In this document: positions 18,665 to 27,473 of the stretch, in pieces
Layout of the letters: every line of letters starts with the position of its first letter
Numbering within the stretch: position 1 is the stretch's first letter
DNA from: a virus
Lineage: Duplodnaviria; Caudoviricetes
DNA: 64,000 nt
IMG/VR virus record: IMGVR_UViG_3300050159_000048
Reading direction: 5' to 3' (one strand)
Position numbers and translations under genes: made by a program
Notes under the pieces: model-generated
What the model saw: the letters and a program-made list of their open reading frames with translations, nothing else
Database searches by the model: none
Told to the model about the DNA's origin: nothing

Positions 18665-20553
18665 TTGGTAATCCAATTCTTTCTCACGTCAGCATCATTG
18701 CCGAACAGTAGTTCGAGCGTCTGACGCATATTCCCATCATCTACGATAGGAATCAACGACTCAGTCTGACCAGATAGGATCATTTCCCAATCTTCAGGAG
18801 CCATCGAGCCTAGGCCCTTGTAATAGTCAACGTGATATCCTTTGTACTTGTGTGCAACAGCTTCATAGTCTGCTCGTGATGCGAAGTGAATCCGCTGCTT
18901 CCCTTTCGTCAGACAGACATTGGGTGCACAAAGTCGAAACACAATTGGTTCATACGATGCATCAAACATCTCAGGCCAAGATTGGTACAGAGCGCAAACC
19001 AATAGAGTAAAAATGTCGTCACCGTCAAAGTCAGCGTCAGTTGCAATTACCACCTGTCCGTAGTTCAGCTCACTCCGTCGAACCGACTTGCCAGGGGTAA
19101 CGCCAATTGCTGCGAATAGTTCCTTCAGCTTACCCATTGCCAGAATTTGGGCGGGTGTGCAACCCCAAGTGTTGTTGATCTTACCTGTTAGGGCAAATGC
19201 GGCTGTAGTGGCCGGATCACGAACTTCACAAATTTGTCCCTTTGCTGACTCACCTTCAGTGATCAGTAGGCGACATTCTAGACGGTTGCGACTTGTCGCA
19301 TCCAGCAGTCCAGGAATTCGTTGGGACTTACGCTTTTCGTGTTCCTCCTGAGCTTTCTTGTTGGCGCTCTTGTGGTGTCGCTCATTCGCACGTTCTAGTA
19401 CGGAAGCAAACCAGTCCACGTGCTTTCGAGTGAAAGCTCGCCACTCAGCATCAATCAAGGTGAACATTTCCTTACGCATGTCAGGACCCGTCAGCCGCGT
19501 TTTCGCTTGGCTGTCGTATTCAGGATTGCGTACCTTTAGGCTCGCCAACACCAACAGTCCTTGCCGGATATCGTTTCGGGTCACTTCTGACTTTGTCTTC
19601 TTTGCGTCCTTTTCTAGGTGCGCAATCACACGATCAAAAAATGCATTGAAGAACTGAGTGTTACATTTACCACCATCAAACAACAGTGAGCTGTTGACCC
19701 ACGTGTACATCTGCTCATCCTGACTTTGGTGTGCATCTAGGATCACATAAATTTCACCCGTCACGTTTGCAGTGTCCACTTGGAAGCAATACGATTGTTT
19801 ACCGTCAGCAATTTTGCTGATGATCTCCTGTAGTCCTTTACGGAAGCGATACTTTTCGCCGTTGTACACCACCGTTACGTCGGGGTTTGCCATAGCGATC
19901 TCAACAGCGCGATTGCGCATGAGGTCGTCAGGCAAGGCCACATTTTTGAACACCAGAGGATCGAGCTGGAACGTCACTTCCGTTCCTGTTGTCGTTACTG
20001 TAGTGTTTGTGATCTTCGGCGGTGAAACTTTGTCCGCGCCGTCGATGAATTTTTGATGGTACTTCTTGCCGTCGCGGTAGATCGTGACCTCAAAATCTGA
20101 AGAGCAGTAGTTAGTACATGCCGCACCAACACCGTTCTGGCCAATCACACCAACCATCTTGTCGTCGGAGAAATTTCGGCCTGCCTTCAAGCTACCGAGG
20201 GCAACTTCAGGCGTGCGCTTGCCGGTTGCGTGCATATCAATCGGAATGCCACGACCATTATCGCCAACCGAATACCAACCGGTTTCCGGCTTGGCATTGA
20301 ATGTTAACGTCTTGTTCTTCGACGATAGTTGTGAGAATTCATCCAACGCGTTGTCGACAACTTCACCAATTGCTTTGTACACGGATGGCACAAACTCCAC
20401 CTCTTTAACGGTGAGCGCGTCACCAGTTAGGATGGGGATATTGTATGTTGTCGGGGACATGCTACCCAGATAGATTTGGGTGCGCAGACGTACGTGTTCT
20501 CGGTCGGACAGGGATAGGATGTCCGCACCAGTGTATTTCTTGTCTTTTGCCAT
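18661..20553 (-). CDS. DNA topoisomerase II large subunit (GyrB/gp39+60-like, unsplit)
   Basis: EVVDNALDE, DNGRGIP, GQNGVG, TEGESA, TDADFDG, KGLGS. Confidence 0.96.
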   Translation of the reverse strand: MAKDKKYTGADILSLSDREHVRLRTQIYLGSMSPTTYNIPILTGDALTVKEVEFVPSVYKAIGEVVDNALDEFSQLSSKNKTLTFNAKPETGWYSVGDNGRGIPIDMHATGKRTPEVALGSLKAGRNFSDDKMVGVIGQNGVGAACTNYCSSDFEVTIYRDGKKYHQKFIDGADKVSPPKITNTTVTTTGTEVTFQLDPLVFKNVALPDDLMRNRAVEIAMANPDVTVVYNGEKYRFRKGLQEIISKIADGKQSYCFQVDTANVTGEIYVILDAHQSQDEQMYTWVNSSLLFDGGKCNTQFFNAFFDRVIAHLEKDAKKTKSEVTRNDIRQGLLVLASLKVRNPEYDSQAKTRLTGPDMRKEMFTLIDAEWRAFTRKHVDWFASVLERANERHHKSANKKAQEEHEKRKSQRIPGLLDATSRNRLECRLLITEGESAKGQICEVRDPATTAAFALTGKINNTWGCTPAQILAMGKLKELFAAIGVTPGKSVRRSELNYGQVVIATDADFDGDDIFTLLVCALYQSWPEMFDASYEPIVFRLCAPNVCLTKGKQRIHFASRADYEAVAHKYKGYHVDYYKGLGSMAPEDWEMILSGQTESLIPIVDDGNMRQTLELLFGNDADVRKNWITK

Positions 20554-20554
20554 C

Positions 20555-20809
20555 TTAGTACTTTGGTTGCTTTTCTTGTACACGATGATCAACGATTTCG
20601 TTGATCATGTCTAATGCTTGCTGGAGCGCATTATACAGCATTAGATAGGATGGAGGCGACGACGGGCCGATAATAGTGGAAAGTGTCGACAGTTTCTGGA
20701 TAGCTAGCTCTTGCTGCTGATTCAGCTGTTCAAGAGACATTGTGTGCCAAAGATCGGACCGTAACTCGGTTTTTGGATCGGTTCCTGGGGTATATGAGAT
20801 CGTAGTCAT
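20555..20809 (-). CDS. Hypothetical protein
   Basis: Operon position. Confidence 0.55.
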   Translation of the reverse strand: MTTISYTPGTDPKTELRSDLWHTMSLEQLNQQQELAIQKLSTLSTIIGPSSPPSYLMLYNALQQALDMINEIVDHRVQEKQPKY

Positions 20810-21215
20810 TGTGTTTGGTTTCGTCTAGGTTCTGCTCAAGCTTCAGTGTTGTGGTTCGTCTAATCCGATTTTGGTGTTGAAAGAATGAAGGACCGTGTCC
20901 CATCGTTAACTCGTTGAGATGTTCCCACGCGTGAACCATCTCGTGCACCAAAATTGTCAAGAACAGTCTGCGCGAATTCAACCGTGGACAAATTGAGAGA
21001 CGAACCCTCTTATTAGCCAACGGATAGCACCACGCATACGCCTTTCTGTGTTGGACCAAATCTACCCTCACTGGAGTTGGTAGTTTGCCGTCGAACACGG
21101 CAGTATTTAGAACTCTCCACCAATGGGTGACCACAGATGTCGTGAGTGTTATTGGCTCAAAACCTCTTCGCCGAAGATGATCTTTTATTCGCTGGCGCGC
21201 TACGTGTTGTTCCAT
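20730..21215 (-). CDS. SprT-like zinc metalloprotease domain protein
   Basis: LNTAVFDGKLP, ILVHEMVHAW, HGPSF. Confidence 0.8.
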   Translation of the reverse strand: MEQHVARQRIKDHLRRRGFEPITLTTSVVTHWWRVLNTAVFDGKLPTPVRVDLVQHRKAYAWCYPLANKRVRLSICPRLNSRRLFLTILVHEMVHAWEHLNELTMGHGPSFFQHQNRIRRTTTLKLEQNLDETKHNDYDLIYPRNRSKNRVTVRSLAHNVS

Positions 21216-22224
21216 TGCAATACAGTTCCACAAGGGCTTCCGCTATGAAGCCACTATATGTATTGGACATGATCGATTTCTGTGTATACAGCAGTCCGTA
21301 TCGTCCGACAGCCGCATCAACGTCTTTGCAATCGCCAATGTCGGGGAGTGCAACAGACCAGCCGAGTTCAAGCGCCTGTTTTGCTAGCAAATGACCGTCA
21401 CCGAATTTGTCTGGAATTACTACCTTGGTGCGGTGCGATCTATTGATCCACCTAATTTGATTGGCGGTCATCTTGTTGCTAAAAACAGCAACACCGTTCA
21501 TGTGGTAGGCATCAAACCACCCTTCTGTGATGTACAGCGGCTCATCTACATGTTGGTTGATTTCGCGATAGTCTGACAGAATGTTATCGCGCGCCACGTT
21601 AGGATTTAGGTACTTCTTCACATGCAAGTCGGTGAGGTCTCGACCTTGCCAGAAGATCACGTTCCCGTCCTTGTAGAACGGAATGATCAACCGACCGTAC
21701 CACCTGTCGTTGTCAGGGTGCTCTACCTTCCGAACAAGATAGAACGGTTGAGATTTCCAATTCACGTGCCGTGATTGCAGATATTCGATAGCGTATTGAG
21801 CCCACTCGTCCGTTGGATCGTCTGTTAGCGGATAGAAGAACGGCAGCAATTGCAGAACTGCTGGCTCCATTGCTGTCAGTTCAACACGCTGCTCGGTTGG
21901 CGTAGTGCCGTCTACCCGCTGAACGAGGGAGTTGAACAGTACTGGCTCCCAGTCCACTTTGGGAATGTCAAACGCGTCTAATACAGCCATCATGTCTTTC
22001 GGCATGGATTGGTGTTTTGCAGGGTCATATCCCGCACCGTGACCACAATTGAAGCAGTTGTAGCCAACAGCGTCGCCTTCAAACTTGAATCCAGCACGCT
22101 TACCCTTCTTACCGTGGTCGTTGCAAACTTTGCATAGCACAGTAAAAAATCCCCGGCCGTTTGCACGAGCGGGGAGTGAAATGTGATTGCGAATCACTTC
22201 TTGTAGGGTTGGAGCTTGAATCAT
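21157..22224 (-). CDS. DNA primase (T4 gp61-like)
   Basis: Zn finger CKVC..CFNC, RLIIPF, WQGR, TEGWFD, DVD. Confidence 0.92.
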   Translation of the reverse strand: MIQAPTLQEVIRNHISLPARANGRGFFTVLCKVCNDHGKKGKRAGFKFEGDAVGYNCFNCGHGAGYDPAKHQSMPKDMMAVLDAFDIPKVDWEPVLFNSLVQRVDGTTPTEQRVELTAMEPAVLQLLPFFYPLTDDPTDEWAQYAIEYLQSRHVNWKSQPFYLVRKVEHPDNDRWYGRLIIPFYKDGNVIFWQGRDLTDLHVKKYLNPNVARDNILSDYREINQHVDEPLYITEGWFDAYHMNGVAVFSNKMTANQIRWINRSHRTKVVIPDKFGDGHLLAKQALELGWSVALPDIGDCKDVDAAVGRYGLLYTQKSIMSNTYSGFIAEALVELYCNGTTRSAPANKRSSSAKRF

Positions 22225-22255
22225 TTTCGTATTATCGCTCCACCCCAACTAAAGG

Positions 22256-23005
22256 TCAAGCCTTCTTCGCAGGGGCTTTCTTCGCAGGGGCTTTCTTTGC
22301 GGGTGTCGGTTTTTGACTTTGAGCAATAGCAGCTTCAATTGCGTCAGCAATCGCTTGCTCGGCCTTTTGCAGCTCAGCAGCTTCTTCATTCATCTTTTCC
22401 ACCATCTTTTCCAGACGGGTACGAATCTCAGGAGACTGCATCCACTTGTCCTCACCGCGAGCGATCCGTTCGTACTCCTCTTCAGTAAGGAAGGGAATGT
22501 AGATGTCTTTTGCGAGGGAATTGAACCAGCTAACCGTCGCCTCCAGTTCTGCAACAAGCTCATTACCCTTACCGATCAGGCCACTGTTGAAGTTGTGGAA
22601 CATCATCATGCAGTGATCATTCACAACCATCTCGTCACCAGCAAGGAAGATCAGTGTTCCGAGGGAGTATGCTACACCCTCTAGCACAGTAACTACCTTA
22701 GCTTGGCTGTTTTGGATAGCGTTGATGATTTGGACACCAGTGTCCAAATGTCCGCCTGGTGTGTTCAAATGAATGAAGATCACGTCTGAAGGGCCAGCGG
22801 CACTGATTCGATAAATCATGTCCACGTAGTGTTCAGCTTCGCCGATCGTTTTGCTGATGTAGAAATGCGCATGCTGAGCCGTATACGTCTGCTCAAAATG
22901 GCGGTAGGGCTTTTTCTCGAGTTCAGCCAGCGGAAACTTGAGTTCCTGCTGTTCCTCGTCGTCTCCAGGTGTATTACGGCGTGCCGCTGCGTACTTGTAT
23001 TGCAT
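22256..23005 (-). CDS. clpP: ClpP-like serine protease with C-terminal PAKKA repeats
   Basis: LNTPGG, AYSLG (Ser), MFHN (His), GEDKW (Asp). Confidence 0.88.
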   Translation of the reverse strand: MQYKYAAARRNTPGDDEEQQELKFPLAELEKKPYRHFEQTYTAQHAHFYISKTIGEAEHYVDMIYRISAAGPSDVIFIHLNTPGGHLDTGVQIINAIQNSQAKVVTVLEGVAYSLGTLIFLAGDEMVVNDHCMMMFHNFNSGLIGKGNELVAELEATVSWFNSLAKDIYIPFLTEEEYERIARGEDKWMQSPEIRTRLEKMVEKMNEEAAELQKAEQAIADAIEAAIAQSQKPTPAKKAPAKKAPAKKA

Positions 23006-23067
23006 TCTCGTATTCCCTCCATAAGGTGCAGGTATATACGAGCGAAATGTTGGGGCGGAGAAACCCA

Positions 23068-23101
23068 AATAACGAGAGCACCCGAAGGTGCTCTCGTTAT
23101 T
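23068..23101 (-). terminator. Intrinsic terminator downstream of tmRNA
   Basis: 15-bp perfect stem, UUCG loop on minus strand, followed by U-rich tract. Confidence 0.8.
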
Positions 23102-23199
23102 AGTTTGGTAATAAGGTTAATCACACCTCATGCCGGTATGTTATTAAGCTGCAAGGGCACCTTTTTATCAAGGAGCGGATTACACACAGCAAATGGAAA

Positions 23200-23507
23200 G
23201 AGGTGGATGTTAGTCCACCTCTTTAATCATGTTGGGTTACAAGGTTGATCAGACCCCGTGGAGTTTACGCCGCTAGGCGCATTTCTCCGTAAAATGCATC
23301 GTTAGCATTTAGTTGATTTGCTTGATTTACGGTCATCGCCTACCGTGCTGTCCACTTCAATACTCATCGCCCAGTCGAAACCATGACATCCCCATTACAA
23401 ATCACACCAATTGGTGTGATTTGTGGTGGAGATGGCGGGAGTCGAACCCGCGTCCTGAACTCTTTCTATCCACTTCTGTTCCTACTTTTGTAGGATGTTC
23501 ACAGCAA
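23200..23507 (-). ncRNA. ssrA: Circularly permuted (two-piece) tmRNA; outer ends approximate
   Basis: Acceptor piece ends GCGGG-UUCGACU-CCCGC-CAUCUCC-A-CCA at 23424; coding piece starts GGGGAUG at 23393; G3:U70; tag frame 23306-23265 ANDAFYGEMRLAA*. Confidence 0.92.
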
Positions 23508-23539
23508 TACGTCTATTTACTCATATTTTGAGGGAAACG

Positions 23540-23749
23540 TCAACTGTCACAATCTAGCGATTCTTCGTCGTCGTGATCAATAATGTGTCTTAGTTGTTGC
23601 TTACCTATGTTGCGCTCGCGCTTATGGATCGCATGCTTGATCTTTTTGCGAGCCTCACGGACTTCTTTCTTATTGGATTGTGTTTCCACCTGACCCAACA
23701 AATCGTACGTCTCCTTCAAGTGCTGAGTTCTTTTGTCTTGTTGCTTCAT
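23540..23749 (-). CDS. Hypothetical basic protein
   Basis: Start MKQQDK after GAGG SD. Confidence 0.5.
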   Translation of the reverse strand: MKQQDKRTQHLKETYDLLGQVETQSNKKEVREARKKIKHAIHKRERNIGKQQLRHIIDHDDEESLDCDS

Positions 23750-24065
23750 AATTGGCCTCGTATTGTTCCACAAGGTAACGCACAATGTCACGAAGTTCGC
23801 CGCCAGTCAACTCACAAACCTTCATGACTTGTGTATCTTCGGCACCTAAATGATACCGAATGGGATTGATTGAGCCCATATCGTGCCGTTGGGCAATGAC
23901 GATATTGTCAAAATCAATTTCGTTGTAGCTGTCCCCTTCAGGCACAGTGAAGAACTCACCTTCACCCTCAATGTAGCCATCCTCGTCAATATTGACAGCG
24001 ACGAGTACTACTGAGGATTCTCCGGGCTCAGAGGGGACACGAATAATGGCTAGATCTGGTTTCAT
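23670..24065 (-). CDS. Hypothetical acidic protein
   Basis: ORF in minus operon. Confidence 0.6.
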   Translation of the reverse strand: MKPDLAIIRVPSEPGESSVVLVAVNIDEDGYIEGEGEFFTVPEGDSYNEIDFDNIVIAQRHDMGSINPIRYHLGAEDTQVMKVCELTGGELRDIVRYLVEQYEANYEATRQKNSALEGDVRFVGSGGNTIQ

Positions 24066-24078
24066 GATTGGTATTCAG

Positions 24079-24594
24079 TTATGTAGTAAGGATACGTACG
24101 TCAGCACGGTTTATGTCTTGATGAATGGACAACCGGCTGCAAGCCAATGCCTCCTCACGAGTTGCGCGGAGAGCATACCATATTCCGTTCTCACGCTTAC
24201 GAAACCCGGTACCGTGTTGGTATACACCGTCTGCAGCGTTGTAGTATTGAGGCGGGCTAGGAATGCTGTGATGCTTGGTAAGTGTCCATCCTTGATCAGT
24301 ATCAGCAGTGTTCCACGTAAAGAAAACAGTCACTGTATTTGGGTCAACAACCTCAATGCGATGAGCGGTTTTGTTGGTATGGAAAATGACAGAACCTACG
24401 TTGTGACGGGTGTATTTGAGCGAGCCGTTGCGGCTCATTGTAGCTTCTGTATAGCCACCTCTCACAACAACGGACACGTAGTGGAACGGGTGGGTGTGGA
24501 GGAACGGGGTGCGATCAGCTGTCTTGATTTCGTGTATGCGAACGCGAAGCCGACCAATGGAGCCCACATGCCAGCGATGCAGATACCCTGGCAT
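24079..24594 (-). CDS. Cupin-fold protein
   Basis: LHTHPF...GGYTE...HRI metal-binding cupin pattern. Confidence 0.7.
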   Translation of the reverse strand: MPGYLHRWHVGSIGRLRVRIHEIKTADRTPFLHTHPFHYVSVVVRGGYTEATMSRNGSLKYTRHNVGSVIFHTNKTAHRIEVVDPNTVTVFFTWNTADTDQGWTLTKHHSIPSPPQYYNAADGVYQHGTGFRKRENGIWYALRATREEALACSRLSIHQDINRADVRILTT

Positions 24595-24616
24595 GTGGTT
24601 GTAAGGTTTGGTGATC

Positions 24617-25144
24617 TTACGACTTAGTCTTCGCAGCCCAGTCCAAATCCAGGTCTTCGCCATACTCATGATTGATCTTGAGTTTGCTGATAGCGTCCGC
24701 AATATCTGGTAGGGTTTTTTCGTCCAAGTCGCCAATGTCATACGAGAGTGTGACGTGCGTTTTGTATTCGGGGAAGTCGTAGGTGGCATCATGCTCGTCC
24801 ATCAATTCCTTATGGCGATCGTTTAGCTCCTCACATTTGAACTTCATTACCAAGCAGCGCTTTGGTTCTTCGTCACGAAGCTTTCCTTTTGACTCCCACA
24901 CCTCCAACCCAACAGGAGTACCGATCCAAGCTGGATCAATGTCACCCTGTGGCTCATAATCTGGACAGTGTTTGCGACTGTACAGAACTGTGCAGTGCAG
25001 TTTTTCTGCTGGCACACCGTTTGGGATCTCGTTGTTCTCAATATACTTGCGAATGTTGTTGACGGTACTCTCGTCAAACTTCACCGCTGCATATGTACCG
25101 GGTTCTGGGCTGTCTTCTTTTTCGAGGAGTTCAAATAGTTTCAT
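24617..25144 (-). CDS. acb1: Acb1/T4 gp57B-like 2H phosphodiesterase (anti-CBASS nuclease homolog)
   Basis: YAAVKF, LHCTVLYSR, LEVW, ATYDFPEYKTHVTLSY, EYGEDLDLDWA match T4 57B pattern. Confidence 0.88.
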   Translation of the reverse strand: MKLFELLEKEDSPEPGTYAAVKFDESTVNNIRKYIENNEIPNGVPAEKLHCTVLYSRKHCPDYEPQGDIDPAWIGTPVGLEVWESKGKLRDEEPKRCLVMKFKCEELNDRHKELMDEHDATYDFPEYKTHVTLSYDIGDLDEKTLPDIADAISKLKINHEYGEDLDLDWAAKTKS

Positions 25145-25158
25145 TATTCACTTTTCGT

Positions 25159-26265
25159 TCACACCGGTTCAAATCCAGTGCGGCCCTCTTTCAATGTGTT
25201 AGGGATCACGGGTTGTCCATACATCCAGTGTCTGGTTGTATTGACGTGGCCTTTGCGAACGTATTTACCGACCATTTGTTTGAACTGACTGAAGTGGAAA
25301 GGCTCGTCAACACGAATGACATAGCCTTCAACCTCGCCTCTGGCGGCTTCGCGTTGCTGCTTCAGGGTGCTATATGATTGCTCAATCTTGGCTCGATCAT
25401 ACTCGCCCCAGTAAATCACCGGGCATGGAGTGACGCCAAGCAGTTCATACCACTGCAGCGTGTCTTGCCAGGTCAGGATGTGATTTGTGTCATCCCACAT
25501 GGCAAAACCATACGCATATGTTTCGAGGTCAACATATGTAATCGAGTGCTTTGCGTACATATTTTCGACGCTGAGCCTCCAACCTTCTGGAATGTCGTGT
25601 TGGAACTGAGAGGCGAACGCACGGATCCAATCACGAGACGGGTGTCCACCAGAAGTGACGGAGCGAGCATGCATGTAATCGTTGTAGATTGACGTGTTTT
25701 CACCGTCCAATTTCTCCATCACGACAACCTTTCGGCCTTCGAAGATGGAAACGTCTGGCATCATACGATCGTCATCGTGCATGCCCGGAGACCACGGCAA
25801 ATGGAAGGTTCGGGGGTATTTGACGTACTTGACAAAATCCCCAATCACGCCACCTTCAGTCAGAACCTTTTGGACGCTCTCGTCGTTAAACAGTTCGCCC
25901 CGCAGCCTGCGATTATCGTCAAGGATTACATTACCCCACTTATCGTATACGGTGTCGGTGTACATATGGGGAGGGAGGATTGGTTTGGTGATGCCGGCAT
26001 ATTCCCGAATTTGCTCAACAGTGATCTGAGTTCGTTCACACGCAAGGTGATGCTCGGAACATACGGATGCACCGTTGTTCAAGTGATATCCCTGACAATC
26101 ACCAAACAACCTTCGCTCAATTATATGATGGGCATCAACCGCTGGTGCCCCACACACAACGCAGCGGTAAGCGTCACGTTGGAATGTATGCTCACGAAAC
26201 TGATCACGTGTCAGTCGTTGATTGGTGGTGCAGCACGAGCTTGCACCAGCTGATAAATTGCTCAT
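25159..26265 (-). CDS. HNH-domain/RNA ligase fusion protein
   Basis: N-term CVVC..DAHHI..NGASVC..HH; C-term KYPRTFHL, EKLDGEN, EGYVIR, KYVR. Confidence 0.88.
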   Translation of the reverse strand: MSNLSAGASSCCTTNQRLTRDQFREHTFQRDAYRCVVCGAPAVDAHHIIERRLFGDCQGYHLNNGASVCSEHHLACERTQITVEQIREYAGITKPILPPHMYTDTVYDKWGNVILDDNRRLRGELFNDESVQKVLTEGGVIGDFVKYVKYPRTFHLPWSPGMHDDDRMMPDVSIFEGRKVVVMEKLDGENTSIYNDYMHARSVTSGGHPSRDWIRAFASQFQHDIPEGWRLSVENMYAKHSITYVDLETYAYGFAMWDDTNHILTWQDTLQWYELLGVTPCPVIYWGEYDRAKIEQSYSTLKQQREAARGEVEGYVIRVDEPFHFSQFKQMVGKYVRKGHVNTTRHWMYGQPVIPNTLKEGRTGFEPV

Positions 26266-26947
26266 CTGTCATATCTCGTTTCATTACGTTGATCATTTTA
26301 TGCACCCACTGAACATTGTCAACAGTATACCCTTTTGTTGAATCTATTCTATCTAGTGAGGCAGTGCATTTCTTATTCCAAGCTGTTCCAAATTCAATAT
26401 CCACCCCGCTTAACGCACATCGTTTTTGTTGGGCTACAAAAATATCCCAACCTTCCTGGGGGGTTAGTTCAAACGGAATATTTCGCTTCGCCGCACCACA
26501 TTTCCACCCACCCCATCGTGATCCGTATATTTCTTCATACCCTGTAAACGAGGCTTGGCGGCCATTGTTTTGTCGAACTTGATGGAAGGCAGCACATCCT
26601 GGGACTCCACAAGTTTTTCTACCGCCGTTGATAATCTTTCTTGTGACATCTTGGACAGGATTCCCACATTCACAACGACCAATGATATTCCATTCATGAT
26701 ACTTGTCATTGTAAATGAAGGCCTCAACAGTAATGGAATTGAACTGTTGACCAACCAAGGATTGGTCTGGAAGTGTCCGCGGGGGATACTTTCGTCTGAG
26801 CGGTAATCCTTGTTCACGTAAGTATCGTTTGATTGGTGCTTCTCCGACCTTAAGTTGTTTGCATATTTGTGTGACCGGAACGAGAGTGTTGTACAGCTCG
26901 TTGATTAGCTGCTGTTCTTGTTCTGTGAACTGACGTAGTGGTTGCAT
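26204..26947 (-). mobile_element. Free-standing HNH homing endonuclease
   Basis: CALSG..ASLDRIDSTKGYTVDNVQWVHKMIN; N-terminal HTH-like region; late promoter at 26975-26982. Confidence 0.88.
26295..26322 (-). promoter_or_regulatory. Sigma70-like promoter embedded in HNH 3' end
   Basis: GTTGACA-16-TAAAAT, about 30 nt upstream of ligase ATG 26265. Confidence 0.6.
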
Positions 26948-26974
26948 GTGGTGTTCCGTTCAAGACGTTGAAGG

Positions 26975-26982
26975 TATTTATG
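26975..26982 (-). promoter_or_regulatory. Late promoter CATAAATA for HNH endonuclease
   Basis: 28 nt upstream of ATG 26947. Confidence 0.6.
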
Positions 26983-27027
26983 CAACTCCCTTCTGAACTA
27001 CCAATCATTTGCGTCACTTAAATTCTC

Positions 27028-27153
27028 TTATTTGAACAGCCGACGTTCAATAATGTGGTGAGCATCAACAGCCGCAGCGCCACAAACAACGCATTTGTGG
27101 TGATCGCGGTTGAATACGCTTTCGCGGAAGACGTCTCTGGATAGTAGTATCAT
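27028..27153 (-). pseudogene. Orphaned 5' stub (41 aa) of the HNH-RNA ligase gene
   Basis: MILLSRDVFRESVFNRDHHKCVVCGAAAVDAHHIIERRLFK*; 28/37 residues identical to N-terminal region of 25159-26265. Confidence 0.9.
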
Positions 27154-27178
27154 GGTAGTTTTCTGGATTTTGTTAAGG

Positions 27179-27207
27179 ATGATACGGTATCACCCAAGGT
27201 CAAGCAA
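27179..27207 (-). promoter_or_regulatory. Sigma70-like promoter of the ligase stub
   Basis: TTGCTT-17-TATCAT. Confidence 0.5.
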
Positions 27208-27227
27208 CTACCAAAGATTACTAGTAA

Positions 27228-27473
27228 TTACAACCGCTTGATATCTGCGCCAACAATAGTGCATTCAAACGTGTCTTCTGACAGCTTCTTGGTCACACGC
27301 ACGCCATACAGATCAATGTCGTCTGTTTCGATTTTGTCAATTGTGCTGCCAACAGTCGCATTACCTTTGATGTTGACGGTCGTCCAAGAGTGGCCAGTAA
27401 TCTCACGCGTGCCGTTGGGGTGGATCTTTTCTACTGCGTTGAGAACAGGTTTAGTGAGGATTTCGTAAGTCAT
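27228..27473 (-). CDS. Hypothetical protein
   Basis: ATGA-coupled to DHFR. Confidence 0.6.
   Translation of the reverse strand: MTYEILTKPVLNAVEKIHPNGTREITGHSWTTVNIKGNATVGSTIDKIETDDIDLYGVRVTKKLSEDTFECTIVGADIKRL

Noticed and set aside
26104-27153. Group I intron carrying the HNH
   Set aside because: Only ~80 nt separate the stub stop from the HNH ATG, no P7/R-S core is visible, and the 3' side is a coding duplicate with its own promoter.
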